Shown: positions 1-8,595 of the stretch, piece by piece | Layout of the letters: every line of letters starts with the position of its first letter | Position numbering within the stretch: position 1 is the stretch's first letter | Source: a bacterium | Lineage (GTDB): Bacteria > Cyanobacteriota > Vampirovibrionia > LMEP-6097 | NCBI GenBank assembly: GCA_038146805.1 | Contig: JAYQSH010000005.1 | Span: 397,636-461,635, forward strand | Length of the DNA: 64,000 nucleotides | Direction: 5' to 3' | Position numbers and translations under genes: made by a program | Notes under the pieces: generated by a model | What the model was told of the DNA's origin: nothing | The model's input: only the letters and a program-made list of their open reading frames with translations | The model's database searches: none

Positions 1-167
1 TTTTTGACAGTTTTTTGCTTATGAAAATTTTCACTTCTTTGTCGAGCACGTTCTAATAATTCTGATAAACGACTATTTTTTGACATCGCAGAACCAGCAG
101 CAAAAGCTAGATTGCTATTAAACAAAAAAACTAAAACAAAGGTCGGTATCAAAAAATTTTTTCGCAT
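1..167 (-). CDS. hypothetical exported protein, N-terminal part only (gene continues past left edge)
   Basis: Reverse-strand ATG at 165-167. N-terminus MRKNFLIPTFVLVFLFNSNLAFAAG looks like a signal peptide. Frame is open to position 1. Too short for the ORF track. Confidence 0.35.
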   Translation of the reverse strand, partial: MRKNFLIPTFVLVFLFNSNLAFAAGSAMSKNSRLSELLERARQRSENFHKQKTVK

Positions 168-237
168 ATTTCTATAATAAGCTTATTATAGAACTATAAG
201 TGCTGTTGTAAAATTTACACAGAAACTTTTTTGAACA

Positions 238-1020
238 ATGCAAAATATAGAAAATTTATTAAAAGAGCCAGCGCAAATTTTAAATCCCGCGCAAAATAAG
301 TATTTACTCGCGAATAATAATTATCAAGAGGTATCAGAGTATTTAGAAAAACAACAAAATATAATTTTGCCAATCGGCAGTACCGAACAGCATGGTGCAG
401 ATGGACTGCTTGGGGTTGATCATATTACAGCAACCGCGATTGCTTACAGTCTGGCGCAACACAAACAAATCCTTTGTGCTCCACCTTTAAACTACGGTAT
501 GGCTATGCATCATCTTGATTTTAAAGGAACTATGGCTTTAAAACCGATTACTTACATTAATGTAATTAGTGATTTAATTGCATCTTTAAAAGACCATGGC
601 TTTAAAGAGATCATTGTCATCAACGGGCATGGTGGTAATAAAGGACCATTTTTAAATGCTCTTGCACAAAACAAAAATGATTTTGCTGATTTAGATTTTA
701 AGTTTTTTAATTGGTGGGTTATGCCAAAACTAGAAAAAGAAATTATCAAAAAAGAATTTGCTGAAAAAGAAGGCTATCATGCAACGCCAACAGAAATTTC
801 TTTAACCATGTTTGTTTGCCCAGAAATGATGTCAGTACCAAAGTCTTATAAATGCCCACAAAAAGAAGTAGGCTCAGAAAACTGTTCATGGGTGATTCCA
901 AAAAAATTCAAAGAACTTTATCCTGATGGAGTGATGCGAGCTGATTATTCACTAGCGACAAAAGATATAGGAAAAAAAGTTTTAGAATTTGCAGTTCAAG
1001 AAATAGCGGCTCTCATTTAA
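238..1020 (+). CDS. creatininase-family amidohydrolase
   Basis: 260-aa ORF with LPIGSTEQHG and VINGHGGN motifs characteristic of the creatininase fold family. Confidence 0.8.
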   Translation: MQNIENLLKEPAQILNPAQNKYLLANNNYQEVSEYLEKQQNIILPIGSTEQHGADGLLGVDHITATAIAYSLAQHKQILCAPPLNYGMAMHHLDFKGTMALKPITYINVISDLIASLKDHGFKEIIVINGHGGNKGPFLNALAQNKNDFADLDFKFFNWWVMPKLEKEIIKKEFAEKEGYHATPTEISLTMFVCPEMMSVPKSYKCPQKEVGSENCSWVIPKKFKELYPDGVMRADYSLATKDIGKKVLEFAVQEIAALI

Positions 1021-1040
1021 GGGTCTATTTTGCTCAAGTT

Positions 1041-1709
1041 CTAATGTAAACGAGTTGTATCAATCAAAATCTCGTTTGCGATTTTACCTTCTTCGGTAAT
1101 ATCAGAATTAATAATTGGATCTTTTTCTTTATATTTTTGTTGCCACCAAGCAACAAAAGCTTCAACAACTTTTGGATCAAATTGCGAGCCCGAAAATCTA
1201 ATAATTTCTTCAAGTCCTTCTTCAGGACTTCTTGCCGGCATATAGACACGATTTGTTGTCATAGCATCATAAGCATCAGCAACAGAAGTGATTTTGGCAA
1301 TAAAAGGAATCTCTTGATCTTCAGCACCATGAGGGTAACCCTTGCCATCAATTCTTTCATGGTGAAATAAAATTGGCTCCAAACATCTCTTTAAATTTGG
1401 AATTTGTGAAACTATATTAGCTCCAAGCACAACATGTGTTTTCATTAAAGCGTACTCTTCAAAACTCAAAGAAGAGGGCTTAAACAAAACATCATCTTTT
1501 ATACCAATTTTACCGATGTCATGTAATAAAGAACCACCTTCAAGATTGAATTGATCATCTTCAGACAAATCAAACATTAAACCTAATTCTTTTGCTATTT
1601 TAAAAACTCTGTAACTATGACCACTAGTATAAGGATCTTTAATTTCAAGTGCATATATCAGGGCCTTTGCGACATTGTAAAATTCTGAGTGCATCATTGA
1701 ATTGTTCAA
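1041..1709 (-). CDS. HD-GYP domain protein (c-di-GMP phosphodiesterase-type)
   Basis: HD motif (LLHDIGK) and HHERIDGKGYPHG signature. Confidence 0.85.
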   Translation of the reverse strand: MNNSMMHSEFYNVAKALIYALEIKDPYTSGHSYRVFKIAKELGLMFDLSEDDQFNLEGGSLLHDIGKIGIKDDVLFKPSSLSFEEYALMKTHVVLGANIVSQIPNLKRCLEPILFHHERIDGKGYPHGAEDQEIPFIAKITSVADAYDAMTTNRVYMPARSPEEGLEEIIRFSGSQFDPKVVEAFVAWWQQKYKEKDPIINSDITEEGKIANEILIDTTRLH

Positions 1710-1946
1710 ATTTAGGATTCCTTCAGGTTCTAGTTAAAAAAAACTAAAGATTTATACTTATAAAGTATACAATGCAAAAGTTTTTATCCACTATATTATT
1801 GACAAAAAAAAAGATCATTTGTTCCACTAAAAGTGTATTAACAATAAACTAAATTTAATGTTAATACCAATAAAGCATAAAAAGAGTTGAATTATTAAAG
1901 CCATAATTTACAAATAACTTTAATATAATTATGTAAGTCATACGCC

Positions 1947-3746
1947 ATGCAAAATCAACAAAAAAACAGAAAGACTCAAATACTGTTAATAATTCTATGT
2001 TCTTTATTTTCAGTAAACCCCATTTATGCCCTTGATGATTTGCAGACAGAAATTGCACGCTATACCAGCGAAGGTATTAATTACCATAACAATAGAAACT
2101 ATATTTTAGCGATACGCTCTTTTGAAAAAGCACTTTTTTTATCGCCAAACGATAAAGAAATTGCAGAAAACTTGAGCATTGCTCACAATAACTACGGTAA
2201 ATATCTTGCAGAGAGAACTGATGATTTGGGTTCTGCTAGAGAGTTTAGAAACTCTTTGTATTATAACGACAGCAACGAAATTGCTCGCGAAAATTTGCGC
2301 GTTAAACTCAAAGAAAAAAATATTGCTGATGATGATATTTTCAAAAGACTTGTTGAAGGTAAACAAGAAAAACTCAAAGAAAATTTCAAAGCGGCAATTG
2401 CCGAGTTTAGAGAAATCAATAAAATCAAAAAAAATGTTGACGCCTACTTAGAGATTGGAACTTGCTATCACTTACTTTCTTTAAAAACTCCGGGCAATAA
2501 CAGTTATACTGACATGGCTTTAATGGAATTAGAGAAAGCGCATGAGCTTGATAAAAATGATCCAAGACCCTTTATTAAGCTTGGTGACGTTAATGTAGCA
2601 AACGGTAAAATAAATAAAGGAATCGATTATTACGAAGAAGCTATAAAACTTGAGCCTGACAATGTAGATGCACAAAGTTCTTTGATTAATGGTTGGCTTG
2701 CGGCGCTACGTATTGCGCCTCATTTGGCAAATAACCATATTGGACTTGGTACTGCTTATCAACTCAAAGGAGATTTCACACAAGCTCAAAGGGCTTTTAC
2801 TAGAGCATTACAAATTGATCCCAACAATCAACTAGCAATGAATAGCATGAATAATCTAAGACAAGATCAATTAAAAACTCAGGTTAATTTACTGCTCAAA
2901 AGAGCTCTTAAAGCTCAACAAGAAAAAGATTATGGGCGTAGCTTAGATCTTTATATTGAAGCAATGCAAAAAGAACCTTTAAACGCTGATATTCACTACA
3001 ACATAGGAACTGTTTTTCAAGCACAAAATAATTTTTCAAAAGCCAAACAAGCTTACAATAGAAGCTTAGAATTAAATCCTAATTTGGTAGAAGCCAAGCA
3101 AGCACTGACTGCTTTGCAAGCTACACAAAAAGAACAATTCATAGAAGAAGCCTTTAACAAAGCAATTGCTTTGCAAAAAAATGATAATTTTGATGACGCG
3201 ATTGAAATTTATAGCAAAATTGCTAAAGACAAACCACAAGATGAAAATCTTTTTTACAACTTAGCAGTTGCTTACCAAGCAAAAAAACAATATGCAAAAG
3301 CGATTGAAAATTATCAAAGGGCATACGCAATCACCCCAAACTCTATTTATAGTGATGCAATCCAAAGTGTAAAAATTGCTGAAGCCAATGAAATTTTGGA
3401 AGAAGCTATTAGTAATCAAGGTAATGCAGAAAATGATAAAGCCATTGCTAATTACAAAAAAGTTCTAGAGATAGTTCCAAGCAATGCAAATGCTTGGTAT
3501 AACCTTGGCACTGCTTATCAAGCAGTTGGCAAAGACCACGACGCACTTGAGGCTTACAAAAAAGCTTTTGAGATTGATCCAAAAAGCCAAAGTGAAGCAA
3601 TATTTTTTGCGGCTTTGATTTTGGAAGAAGAAAGAAAGCTTATTGAAGCAATCGACCTTTATGATAAATATCTTGATGTAGCACCAAGCGGAGAGTATAT
3701 AGCCGAGGCAAAAGAAAGAAAAGAATATATAAAGAGCTTCTTATAA
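1947..3746 (+). CDS. secreted tetratricopeptide (TPR) repeat protein
   Basis: 599-aa ORF. Hydrophobic signal-like N-terminus (ILLIILCSLFSVNPIYA) followed by many 34-aa TPR-like units (recurrent A..Y...G.AY......A...Y.KA.EIDP pattern). Confidence 0.8.
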   Translation: MQNQQKNRKTQILLIILCSLFSVNPIYALDDLQTEIARYTSEGINYHNNRNYILAIRSFEKALFLSPNDKEIAENLSIAHNNYGKYLAERTDDLGSAREFRNSLYYNDSNEIARENLRVKLKEKNIADDDIFKRLVEGKQEKLKENFKAAIAEFREINKIKKNVDAYLEIGTCYHLLSLKTPGNNSYTDMALMELEKAHELDKNDPRPFIKLGDVNVANGKINKGIDYYEEAIKLEPDNVDAQSSLINGWLAALRIAPHLANNHIGLGTAYQLKGDFTQAQRAFTRALQIDPNNQLAMNSMNNLRQDQLKTQVNLLLKRALKAQQEKDYGRSLDLYIEAMQKEPLNADIHYNIGTVFQAQNNFSKAKQAYNRSLELNPNLVEAKQALTALQATQKEQFIEEAFNKAIALQKNDNFDDAIEIYSKIAKDKPQDENLFYNLAVAYQAKKQYAKAIENYQRAYAITPNSIYSDAIQSVKIAEANEILEEAISNQGNAENDKAIANYKKVLEIVPSNANAWYNLGTAYQAVGKDHDALEAYKKAFEIDPKSQSEAIFFAALILEEERKLIEAIDLYDKYLDVAPSGEYIAEAKERKEYIKSFL

Positions 3747-3849
3747 TTCATTACAATTAGGTCTAGACATTGAAAAAATTTAGCTATTCTTAAAATAGCT
3801 TGGTATCGTATTTGATTGTTATTAACAACGTGCTAATATCTTTTGTGGC

Positions 3850-3925
3850 GGGCCCGTAGCTTAGTTGGTAGAGCGCCTCGTTTGCACCGAGGAGGTCGAG
3901 TGTTCGAATCACTTCGGGTCCACCA
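3850..3925 (+). tRNA. tRNA-Ala (anticodon UGC), CCA encoded
   Basis: Cloverleaf read by eye. Acceptor GGGCCCG/CGGGTCC with G3:U70. Anticodon stem CCTCG/CGAGG, loop TTTGCAC. T-loop TTCGAAT. Terminal ACCA at 3922-3925. Confidence 0.93.
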
Positions 3926-4064
3926 TTTCATAAAAAATTACCAAGCTACCCTAGTGGTAGCTTTTTTTTGGGCATATATAACTTAAATGCAGGCTATTCA
4001 ACAACTTATTGCATGCCTCAACTTTATTACAGAAGATAAAGAACCTGAAACTGTACAAGAGAAA
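3920..4064. repeat. left copy of 145/147-bp direct repeat (DR1) bracketing accessory segment 1
   Basis: Near-identical to 8933-9079; differences are the T-run length and one A/G at 4055 vs 9070. Begins exactly at the CCACCA end of tRNA-Ala. Contains a terminator hairpin and the first 26 codons of the 9002 gene. Confidence 0.9.
3943..3969 (+). terminator. intrinsic terminator after tRNA-Ala
   Basis: 8-bp stem AAGCTACC/GGTAGCTT, 5-nt loop, then T-run. Confidence 0.75.
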
Positions 4065-4103
4065 TTGGAAATTGCCTATGTTTTCTTAATATTTTTTTCT
4101 TGA
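3987..4103 (+). pseudogene. truncated 5' duplicate of the gene at 9002..9406
   Basis: First 26 codons (MQAIQQLIACLNFITEDKEPETVQEK) identical to ORF 9002, then divergence and a stop after 38 codons. Confidence 0.8.
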
Positions 4104-4129
4104 ATTCAAGGTCTCTTATTTTGTATAAT
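4100..4129 (+). promoter_or_regulatory. near-consensus sigma70-type promoter
   Basis: TTGAAT (4100-4105), 18-nt spacer, TATAAT (4124-4129). ATG at 4139 lies only 9 nt downstream and no Shine-Dalgarno is visible. Confidence 0.5.
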
Positions 4130-4138
4130 GTAAGTATT

Positions 4139-4954
4139 ATGGAAGTTCCACCAAGTTCATCAAGGAGTATAACTATCCCAACAAGTCGCTATCAAATGTT
4201 AAAAGAAGCAGCTAAGCAGTTTTATAGAACAAAAGGCAGAGAAGAAGCTCATGACACAGAGAGAAGCCGTAGAGACGCTCAGACCTCACTAGAGATGAAT
4301 GTCAGCGATACTACAGAACAATCTTTAGGATTTTTGCTGAGAAATGTTAACCTAATTGCTGATGAATTGAACAGAGATTCAAATGGAGGTGTCAGGAATG
4401 ATAGACTTAACACGACTTTGCAGAAAACACTTACTGGAGTCGTGCAAGAAGAAGTTCTAAGAATGAGGGACAATTTGCAGCGTCAAGTTTATAAAGCTTT
4501 GGCCAGTGAACAATCTGTAGATGCTAGGGGAGAGGTTAATAAACAAATTCTTGAAAAACATAGAAGTGGAGCGCAAATTCTTGAACTTAATGCACCAATG
4601 AGTTCTCTTGATATAGAATTACAAAACGGTTATATTTTATCAAAAACCGACAACTTTGATAGACCAGTCTCGATATTTAGAAATCTTAAACTTGGCAATA
4701 ACGAGGCTTCTGTGGATTTTGATCTTTTAAGAGGAAGTGTAAAAGTTAATATAGATACAAGCGCTCTTGGTAATACAACAATAAAAGCATCAAATGTAGA
4801 TAATCTAGCAACTTACGAAATTGTGCATAATCCTGATGGAGATGGGGCTTTTTCAGTTGAAGCAAGTGAACATGAAAGTTTATTTGATCCAGCTAAAAGT
4901 TTCTTGGCAGATACGATGGAGATGGTTGAATTAGATTTACTAAAAGGTCACTAG
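4139..4954 (+). CDS. hypothetical protein (island cargo)
   Basis: Long ORF with no recognised motif. I prefer ATG 4139 over the ORF-track TTG 4100, which is the -35 box. May be the N-terminal part of a gene continued in ORF 5053..5541 after a frameshift. Confidence 0.5.
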   Translation: MEVPPSSSRSITIPTSRYQMLKEAAKQFYRTKGREEAHDTERSRRDAQTSLEMNVSDTTEQSLGFLLRNVNLIADELNRDSNGGVRNDRLNTTLQKTLTGVVQEEVLRMRDNLQRQVYKALASEQSVDARGEVNKQILEKHRSGAQILELNAPMSSLDIELQNGYILSKTDNFDRPVSIFRNLKLGNNEASVDFDLLRGSVKVNIDTSALGNTTIKASNVDNLATYEIVHNPDGDGAFSVEASEHESLFDPAKSFLADTMEMVELDLLKGH

Positions 4955-5052
4955 GAGCTTCAAGCCTTGAAGCAGGACAAGGCAAAGCTATAAGACAGTT
5001 TATTGCCCATGTCAAAGCAGCTCTAATCGATGATTCAACTGGGCAAATTGAT

Positions 5053-5541
5053 GTGAGCAAAGCGTCGGAACTAGCAAATGATCGTCGTTTTGTTGCTGTT
5101 GCAGAAACATTAGCTTTACATGCTTCTAAAGAAGGTGAAACAGATGGTAATAATCATAGTTTAGTTATAAATGATCTTAAGTATAACAATGGAGAACCTA
5201 TGGGTAGCCTAACAATTACTTCTAAAACAGCAATACGTGCAATTGCAGCAATAGGTGATAGTGTTCCGAACAAAGTTACGATTGAGTTTACACCTGCAAG
5301 TGAAGAAACAGAAGCAAGTTTGCATGGCAAAAAAGTAGACCTCGATCTTGAAAAAGATATAAAGTTATCTAAACATGCCACGCATTACGGAATCAATGGC
5401 TCTGGAGACGATTATGTATCAACAGCGCTTCACGAGGCTCCATCTTCTGATAAATTGCAACCTGTTAGTTTCAGAAAACCTGACCCATTCAAAATCAGTG
5501 TTAATTTTGTGACTGGTGAAGTATCGATAGATGGATTCTAG
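5053..5541 (+). CDS. hypothetical protein (possibly C-terminal part of a frameshifted gene, 3' end abutting IS30 element)
   Basis: Frame is open upstream to ~4929 and overlaps the end of ORF 4139..4954. The last codons (DGF-stop) lie at the IS30-like terminus. Confidence 0.45.
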   Translation: MSKASELANDRRFVAVAETLALHASKEGETDGNNHSLVINDLKYNNGEPMGSLTITSKTAIRAIAAIGDSVPNKVTIEFTPASEETEASLHGKKVDLDLEKDIKLSKHATHYGINGSGDDYVSTALHEAPSSDKLQPVSFRKPDPFKISVNFVTGEVSIDGF

Positions 5542-6435
5542 GAGCAAATGCAACTTTGCTTGATTTCTTCCTCAAAGACCTCAAAAGGTGTTTTGTAGCC
5601 TAGTCTTTTCTTGGTCTACTATTGATTAAATCAACGTACTTTTGAAGTTCTTCATTTGTAATTTTACTCAAATCTGCTCCTTTAGGAATAAATTCTCGTA
5701 AAAGTCCAATAGTATTTTTCACGTTCCTCTTTGCCATGGGCTGTAAGGTTTGGCAAAATATACTTTCATATCAAGACTACTTTCTATTTCTTGATGCTTT
5801 GCAAACTCAGTGCCATTGTCATAAGTTATTGAAAGACAAAGTTCGTCAGGTATTTCTTCAAAAAGCTCCTCAGTTGTTTCAAGAATTGATTTGGCCTTTT
5901 TTATTTTCCATTTTGGCTGCAAGAAGCAGTCAGACCTGCGTTCTACGTTAATTAAAATCTTAGGTGATTGTTTTGGGTCTCCAAGCATAGTATCTCCTTC
6001 CCAATGTCCGGGAACGCTCCTCTCATTGATTTCTTGAGGTCTTTCATCAATCGATCTCTTATTAATAATAAATTCTGGGCTGGATCTTTTCCTTCGATAT
6101 TTTTTACCTTTTCTCCTAAGCCTGAGTTTGACTAGGTCACAGCGTTTCTTGTAGAGCCATTGATATATAGTCTCATGACAAATTACTTCACCAGTTTCTT
6201 GTCTCCATCTACCCGCAATTTGATTGGGAGACCAGTGAAGTTCAATACAATCAATGATAAACTTCTCTAAAACACTGTCACTGACTATCCTTAGATGAAT
6301 ATTAGCTTCTCTTTTTCTTTCATAAGCAAGCTGCCAAGCTTTTTCAGCAGTGAAGCTTCCATCAACTGAATTGTTACTAATACACCTACTTACAACTGAT
6401 TTATTTCTACCAATAGTAATTCCAATTTCACTAAT

Positions 6436-7507
6436 ACAGGAGTTACGCGATTGCCTGACTTAGGTGTAACTGCACAGCTTCTCTAACTATTTCCCATTTT
6501 TGTTGATACCAACTTGTACCCTCTTTGAATCTAAAGTATTCCAGCTTGATCAGAGCTAAAAAAGCACAAAATATATGATTCTTTTGCGCTTGAGCTTTTC
6601 GCATATATGACTTTTCAAGTCCACAGACTTGTTTAAGTCCTCGGTGCATGGTCTCAATAAACCAGCGAGTTTTAGCATGACCAATAAAATTATCCCAGTC
6701 ATCTAAGTCCAAATCGTTAGTTATTAAGTACCTTATCTTCCCGTCTTTGAGAGTCCTCTTGCACACTAATATTGGACCAAAGTCTTTTAGCCAAACTTTC
6801 TTAACTTGTCTTTCTGCTAACTCTAGTTCGTCAACTCTAATCCAAACTCCTTTCACCTCACTAATCTTGCGATTTGATTTTATGTCAGCAACAAAGTTCC
6901 AGCCTTTAGCTTGTATTGCTTTTAAATTTTCCTTTGACACATACCAGCTATCCATCAGTACATAACTTGGCTTGAAACCTCGTTGCTCAGCGATATCTAA
7001 CATATCTCTAAAATGATCATTCTTGGTTTTATCATCACCTTCTTTGTTGTAGATTCGGTAGTCTACTGGTAATGCTATGCCATCTAGGTCAACCCACTGA
7101 GCATTTACGATACCGATACCTTGCTTTACGGCATGATGTTTGCCACTCCATTGCCACTTGGTTAGTTCAATTTTTTTAGCATATGGTTTTTCAAGCAAAG
7201 TATCATCAAATGCTAAGTAACCTTCATTGATATTAATTTTTTCTTCTACCTGAGACCAAAGGTCTTCTGGAGAAAATTCAGAATTATTCAGCCATCTATT
7301 TACTGAATCATGAGCCATTGTTTCATCTCGACTAACTTTTTCCAACTCACTACAAGAATACTGCTTTTGTGAAGCTATTAAAAACTCAACGTACAAATCT
7401 AAGCTACATTTTTGTTGTCTCATGTAGTCTTAGACGTATTTAATTCAAAAAAGTGGCCGTAATACTTATTAAATTACTGACAAATTAGGCAATCGCGTAA
7501 CTCCTGT
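6436..7507 (-). mobile_element. intact insertion sequence nested in the IS30 pseudogene
   Basis: Perfect 21-bp terminal inverted repeats ACAGGAGTTACGCGATTGCCT (6436-6456, reverse complement at 7487-7507). Flanking 3-bp direct repeat AAT (6433-6435 / 7508-7510). Single transposase ORF. Confidence 0.88.
6443..7423 (-). CDS. DDE-type transposase (IS4/IS701-like superfamily; family not resolved)
   Basis: 326-aa ORF filling the IR-bounded element. Acidic-residue context (LAFDDT, YVLMDSWY) resembles DDE transposases. Family assignment comes from memory only. Confidence 0.65.
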   Translation of the reverse strand: MRQQKCSLDLYVEFLIASQKQYSCSELEKVSRDETMAHDSVNRWLNNSEFSPEDLWSQVEEKININEGYLAFDDTLLEKPYAKKIELTKWQWSGKHHAVKQGIGIVNAQWVDLDGIALPVDYRIYNKEGDDKTKNDHFRDMLDIAEQRGFKPSYVLMDSWYVSKENLKAIQAKGWNFVADIKSNRKISEVKGVWIRVDELELAERQVKKVWLKDFGPILVCKRTLKDGKIRYLITNDLDLDDWDNFIGHAKTRWFIETMHRGLKQVCGLEKSYMRKAQAQKNHIFCAFLALIKLEYFRFKEGTSWYQQKWEIVREAVQLHLSQAIA

Positions 7508-7681
7508 AATAGTTAATCCTTGATCTAGCAATGTCTCAATTTTAACCATCTCTTCCCAAGTCAAATGACCCTTACTTTTGTCTGACATCTTTTTCTCCTG
7601 TATTTACTTACAAGGAAGAAAACATAGATTTGTTGCATTTCGGTTTAGAAAGAATCGTTTAAGTTGTAAACAGTTTGATAG

Positions 7682-8389
7682 ATTAGTGGGTCTGCCGAGA
7701 GGCAAAGTCCGAAACTTGGAGAAAGATTTGATTTAGATAATCCAAGGCAGAGTCCATACAAGGCTGCTCGATTTAGAGATGATGGAGGCGTTGTACTGCA
7801 TAAGAGTCAAACCTTCAGGGGACGAGATATAGAGGCACCAATTGGTGCTACTTTTGCTAAAGGACAATACCGTCAACTAAGCAGTAATAGTGAATTGAAT
7901 GATTTGCAAAGACAAACAAAGATTGACTTGAACTTTAAAGGGTTACTGAATGGTGATCCAGATGTTATTGATTTTGTTGATAACACATTAATTGATTCTG
8001 ATGAAGAGAGAGGGGATTTACATTCTAGGTATCTTGCGATGCGTGACTTTGTGTTAGAGGGCGAAAATTTTCCTAGTCGAAGAGCGGACATATTATGGAG
8101 ACAACTTTGCCTAATAAAACAATGTCAATCATCTTTTAAAGATGATGCAGAGTTAACTTTTTATAGAAAAATGTTGACGGCTGATCTTGCTCTTGAATAT
8201 TCAAAAGAGAGAAACGAGAGTAGACATAGTTGGTGGCTTCCACGTGGTTCTATGTATGATGTTATCAAATGGGATGAGAGCTTTAGGGAGGAATTGCAGC
8301 ACGAGTTTTTAGATGAGGCGCATCCTTTTCACTTTAATGCTGAAGAGAGGGATTTGGTAAGATCCCAAGTTTTTACTAACAGGCTTTAA
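7682..8389 (+). CDS. hypothetical protein, apparently 5'-truncated next to the IS30 end
   Basis: Frame open from 7682, just after stops at 7676/7679, with no nearby ATG. The ORF track starts at TTG 7895. No recognised domain. Confidence 0.4.
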   Translation: MSGSAERQSPKLGERFDLDNPRQSPYKAARFRDDGGVVLHKSQTFRGRDIEAPIGATFAKGQYRQLSSNSELNDLQRQTKIDLNFKGLLNGDPDVIDFVDNTLIDSDEERGDLHSRYLAMRDFVLEGENFPSRRADILWRQLCLIKQCQSSFKDDAELTFYRKMLTADLALEYSKERNESRHSWWLPRGSMYDVIKWDESFREELQHEFLDEAHPFHFNAEERDLVRSQVFTNRL

Positions 8390-8421
8390 TTTTTTTAAAT
8401 TCTTCCAAGTTTATGGTTTTT

Positions 8422-8568
8422 ATTTCAATGAGTAAGAAAGTGATTTCTGGTTGGTAGAAGACTATTTCTGTTAAGTAGAATTCAACTTCTAGCTTGCAGA
8501 TAGCTATTTCTTGAGGTAAGAAATTTATTTCTTCTAATGATATGCCCATTTCTTCAAAGTAGATAGGC
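8422..8568 (+). repeat. seven phased 21-bp direct repeats (iteron-like array)
   Basis: Units start at 8422, 8443, 8464, 8485, 8506, 8527 and 8548. Each begins A(T/C)TTC(T/A) and has a (G/T)NAGA-like core about 11 nt later. Confidence 0.8.
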
Positions 8569-8595
8569 TTAGACCCAATTAGGAAGCCAAAATCT

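Larger units (their letters stand above)
5548..7588 (-). pseudogene. IS30-family transposase pseudogene (frameshifted, split by nested IS)
   Basis: N-terminus MSDKSKGHLTWEEMVKIETLLDQGL (from 7588) and fragment ITYDNGTEFAKHQEIESSLDMKVYFAKPYSPWQRG (5719..5988) parallel the intact transposase at 38036..39007. Frames are discontinuous. Confidence 0.8.
5536..7650 (-). mobile_element. decayed IS30-family element, interrupted by a nested IS
   Basis: Termini resemble those of the intact copy at 38028-39069 (..AATGCAACTTTGCTTGATTT.. left; ..GTTGCATTTCGGTTTAGAA right). Internal reading frames match IS30 transposase in pieces. Confidence 0.8.

Noticed and set aside
552-749. Short antisense or alternative-frame ORF-track entries nested in longer genes. 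Examples: 552..749, 1064..1249, 1137..1370, 2139..2366, 2179..2451, 4279..4473, 5154..5381, 16319..16540, 16404..16652, 18844..19065, 23209..23730, 29052..29249, 32730..32936, 33256..33594, 36219..36419, 62249..63256
   Set aside because: Each is fully embedded in a longer ORF that has clear family motifs or better length. Their compositions are typical of off-frame translation of AT-rich DNA.
7695-7715. GAGAGGCAAAGTCCGAAAC resembling the RNase P CR-I block
   Set aside because: It lies inside an AT-rich protein-coding frame with no partner P4 strand or surrounding structure. I judge it coincidental.
7647-7735. Short frame RKNRLSCKQFDRLVGLPRGKVRNLEKDLI resembling an HTH (XRE-like) fragment
   Set aside because: It is only ~30 codons with no start and overlaps another open frame. 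It is possibly a relic but cannot be supported as a feature.
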